Shown: positions 63,301 to 64,000 of the stretch, one piece after another | Position numbering within the stretch: the stretch's first letter is position 1 | Layout: every line of letters starts with the position of its first letter | From: Setoptus koraiensis | Taxonomy: Eukaryota > Animalia > Arthropoda | Reading direction: 5' to 3' | Length of the DNA: 64,000 nt | Assembly (NCBI GenBank): GCA_048013815.1 | Contig: CM106586.1 | Location: forward strand, 16,926,001 to 16,990,000 | Translations under genes and position numbers: made by a program | The notes under the pieces: generated by a model | The model's database searches: none | Seen by the model: only the letters and a program-made list of their open reading frames with translations | What the model was told of the DNA's origin: nothing

Positions 63301-64000
63301 TGAAACAATATAAATTTTTTCTCTTTCTGTTAACAACAATGAGAATTTTTGTATCCACAACTGACTGTATGTCGATCAACAACCAGTTGTTGTCGAGCTA
63401 GCCAATAGGCCAGATAATAATACAACAATAATTTCGGCGTGTGTGCCTGTTGCCCCATCAATTGAGCAGTTACGTTTCATATTATGCCATTGCCATGGCA
63501 CCACCACCAAACAACAAATCCACACATTTAATTATAGTGGTCACCTTATTACGACTACCACAACTACTTGGACTCATTAGGACGCTCACTCTCGCTGCTG
63601 ATTGGCCTGTTAATTCGTATACAATAAAAACAGCTCACACCCACACGAGTGGCTTGATGATAGCATCAGCTTCAGCTAATTGACCCTCTTTATAATCTCG
63701 TTCTCTTTCTCTCTTCATGTCTGACACCTTTGTGTATCTATCTATATTATTAATTGGACGAAGCTTATTGTCGTTGAATCTTTAGCACAATCTTTTTTTT
63801 TCCACCAGACGCAATAGTCGTAGAGTGTGTGTTTTGACTAATAATCTGGATTCTTTCAGCGAGATAGTTGAGCGAAGAAATCCAGTAAAGCCATCGCATG
63901 TTGTTCACATTGACAAAATGGTAGCCGCCTCTGATGGTTTCAAAAAATTAGTGATAGTCACGTTTCTCTAGCGAGACTTTTATAAACGAACATTTCCTCC

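Overview
Eukaryotic, compact arthropod DNA. A mite, possibly eriophyoid, is my inference from the gene content, ~100-160 nt introns, intronless housekeeping genes and dense CAA/CAG/CA microsatellites. No tRNA, rRNA, CRISPR array or intact transposon was recognised. Eight genes are well supported: golgin-84 (-), a 3-exon secreted Gln-rich chitin-binding CPAP1-type cuticle protein (-), SUGP1 (-) head-to-head with EAPP (+), a 6-exon pancreatic-lipase-family gene with a C-terminal transmembrane anchor (+), a giant SH3+SAM SASH1/SKIP-like gene (-), a 2-exon aldo-keto reductase (-), and a 2-exon Daple/Girdin (CCDC88) gene ending in WYEYGCV (+). There is also a candidate small secreted peptide and an unidentified fragmented gene. 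The best lead is downstream of SUGP1, where two inverted copies of the gene's own pre-G-patch coding segment sit: a perfect 20-nt copy 31 nt past the stop codon and a 139-nt copy of ~90% identity. They make the locus self-complementary, like a hairpin-RNA/endo-siRNA locus. A second theme is that golgin-84, Daple and SUGP1 keep their short functional motifs but appear to have lost whole folded or coiled-coil modules to low-complexity sequence. All family assignments come from motif recognition by eye; no database search was run.
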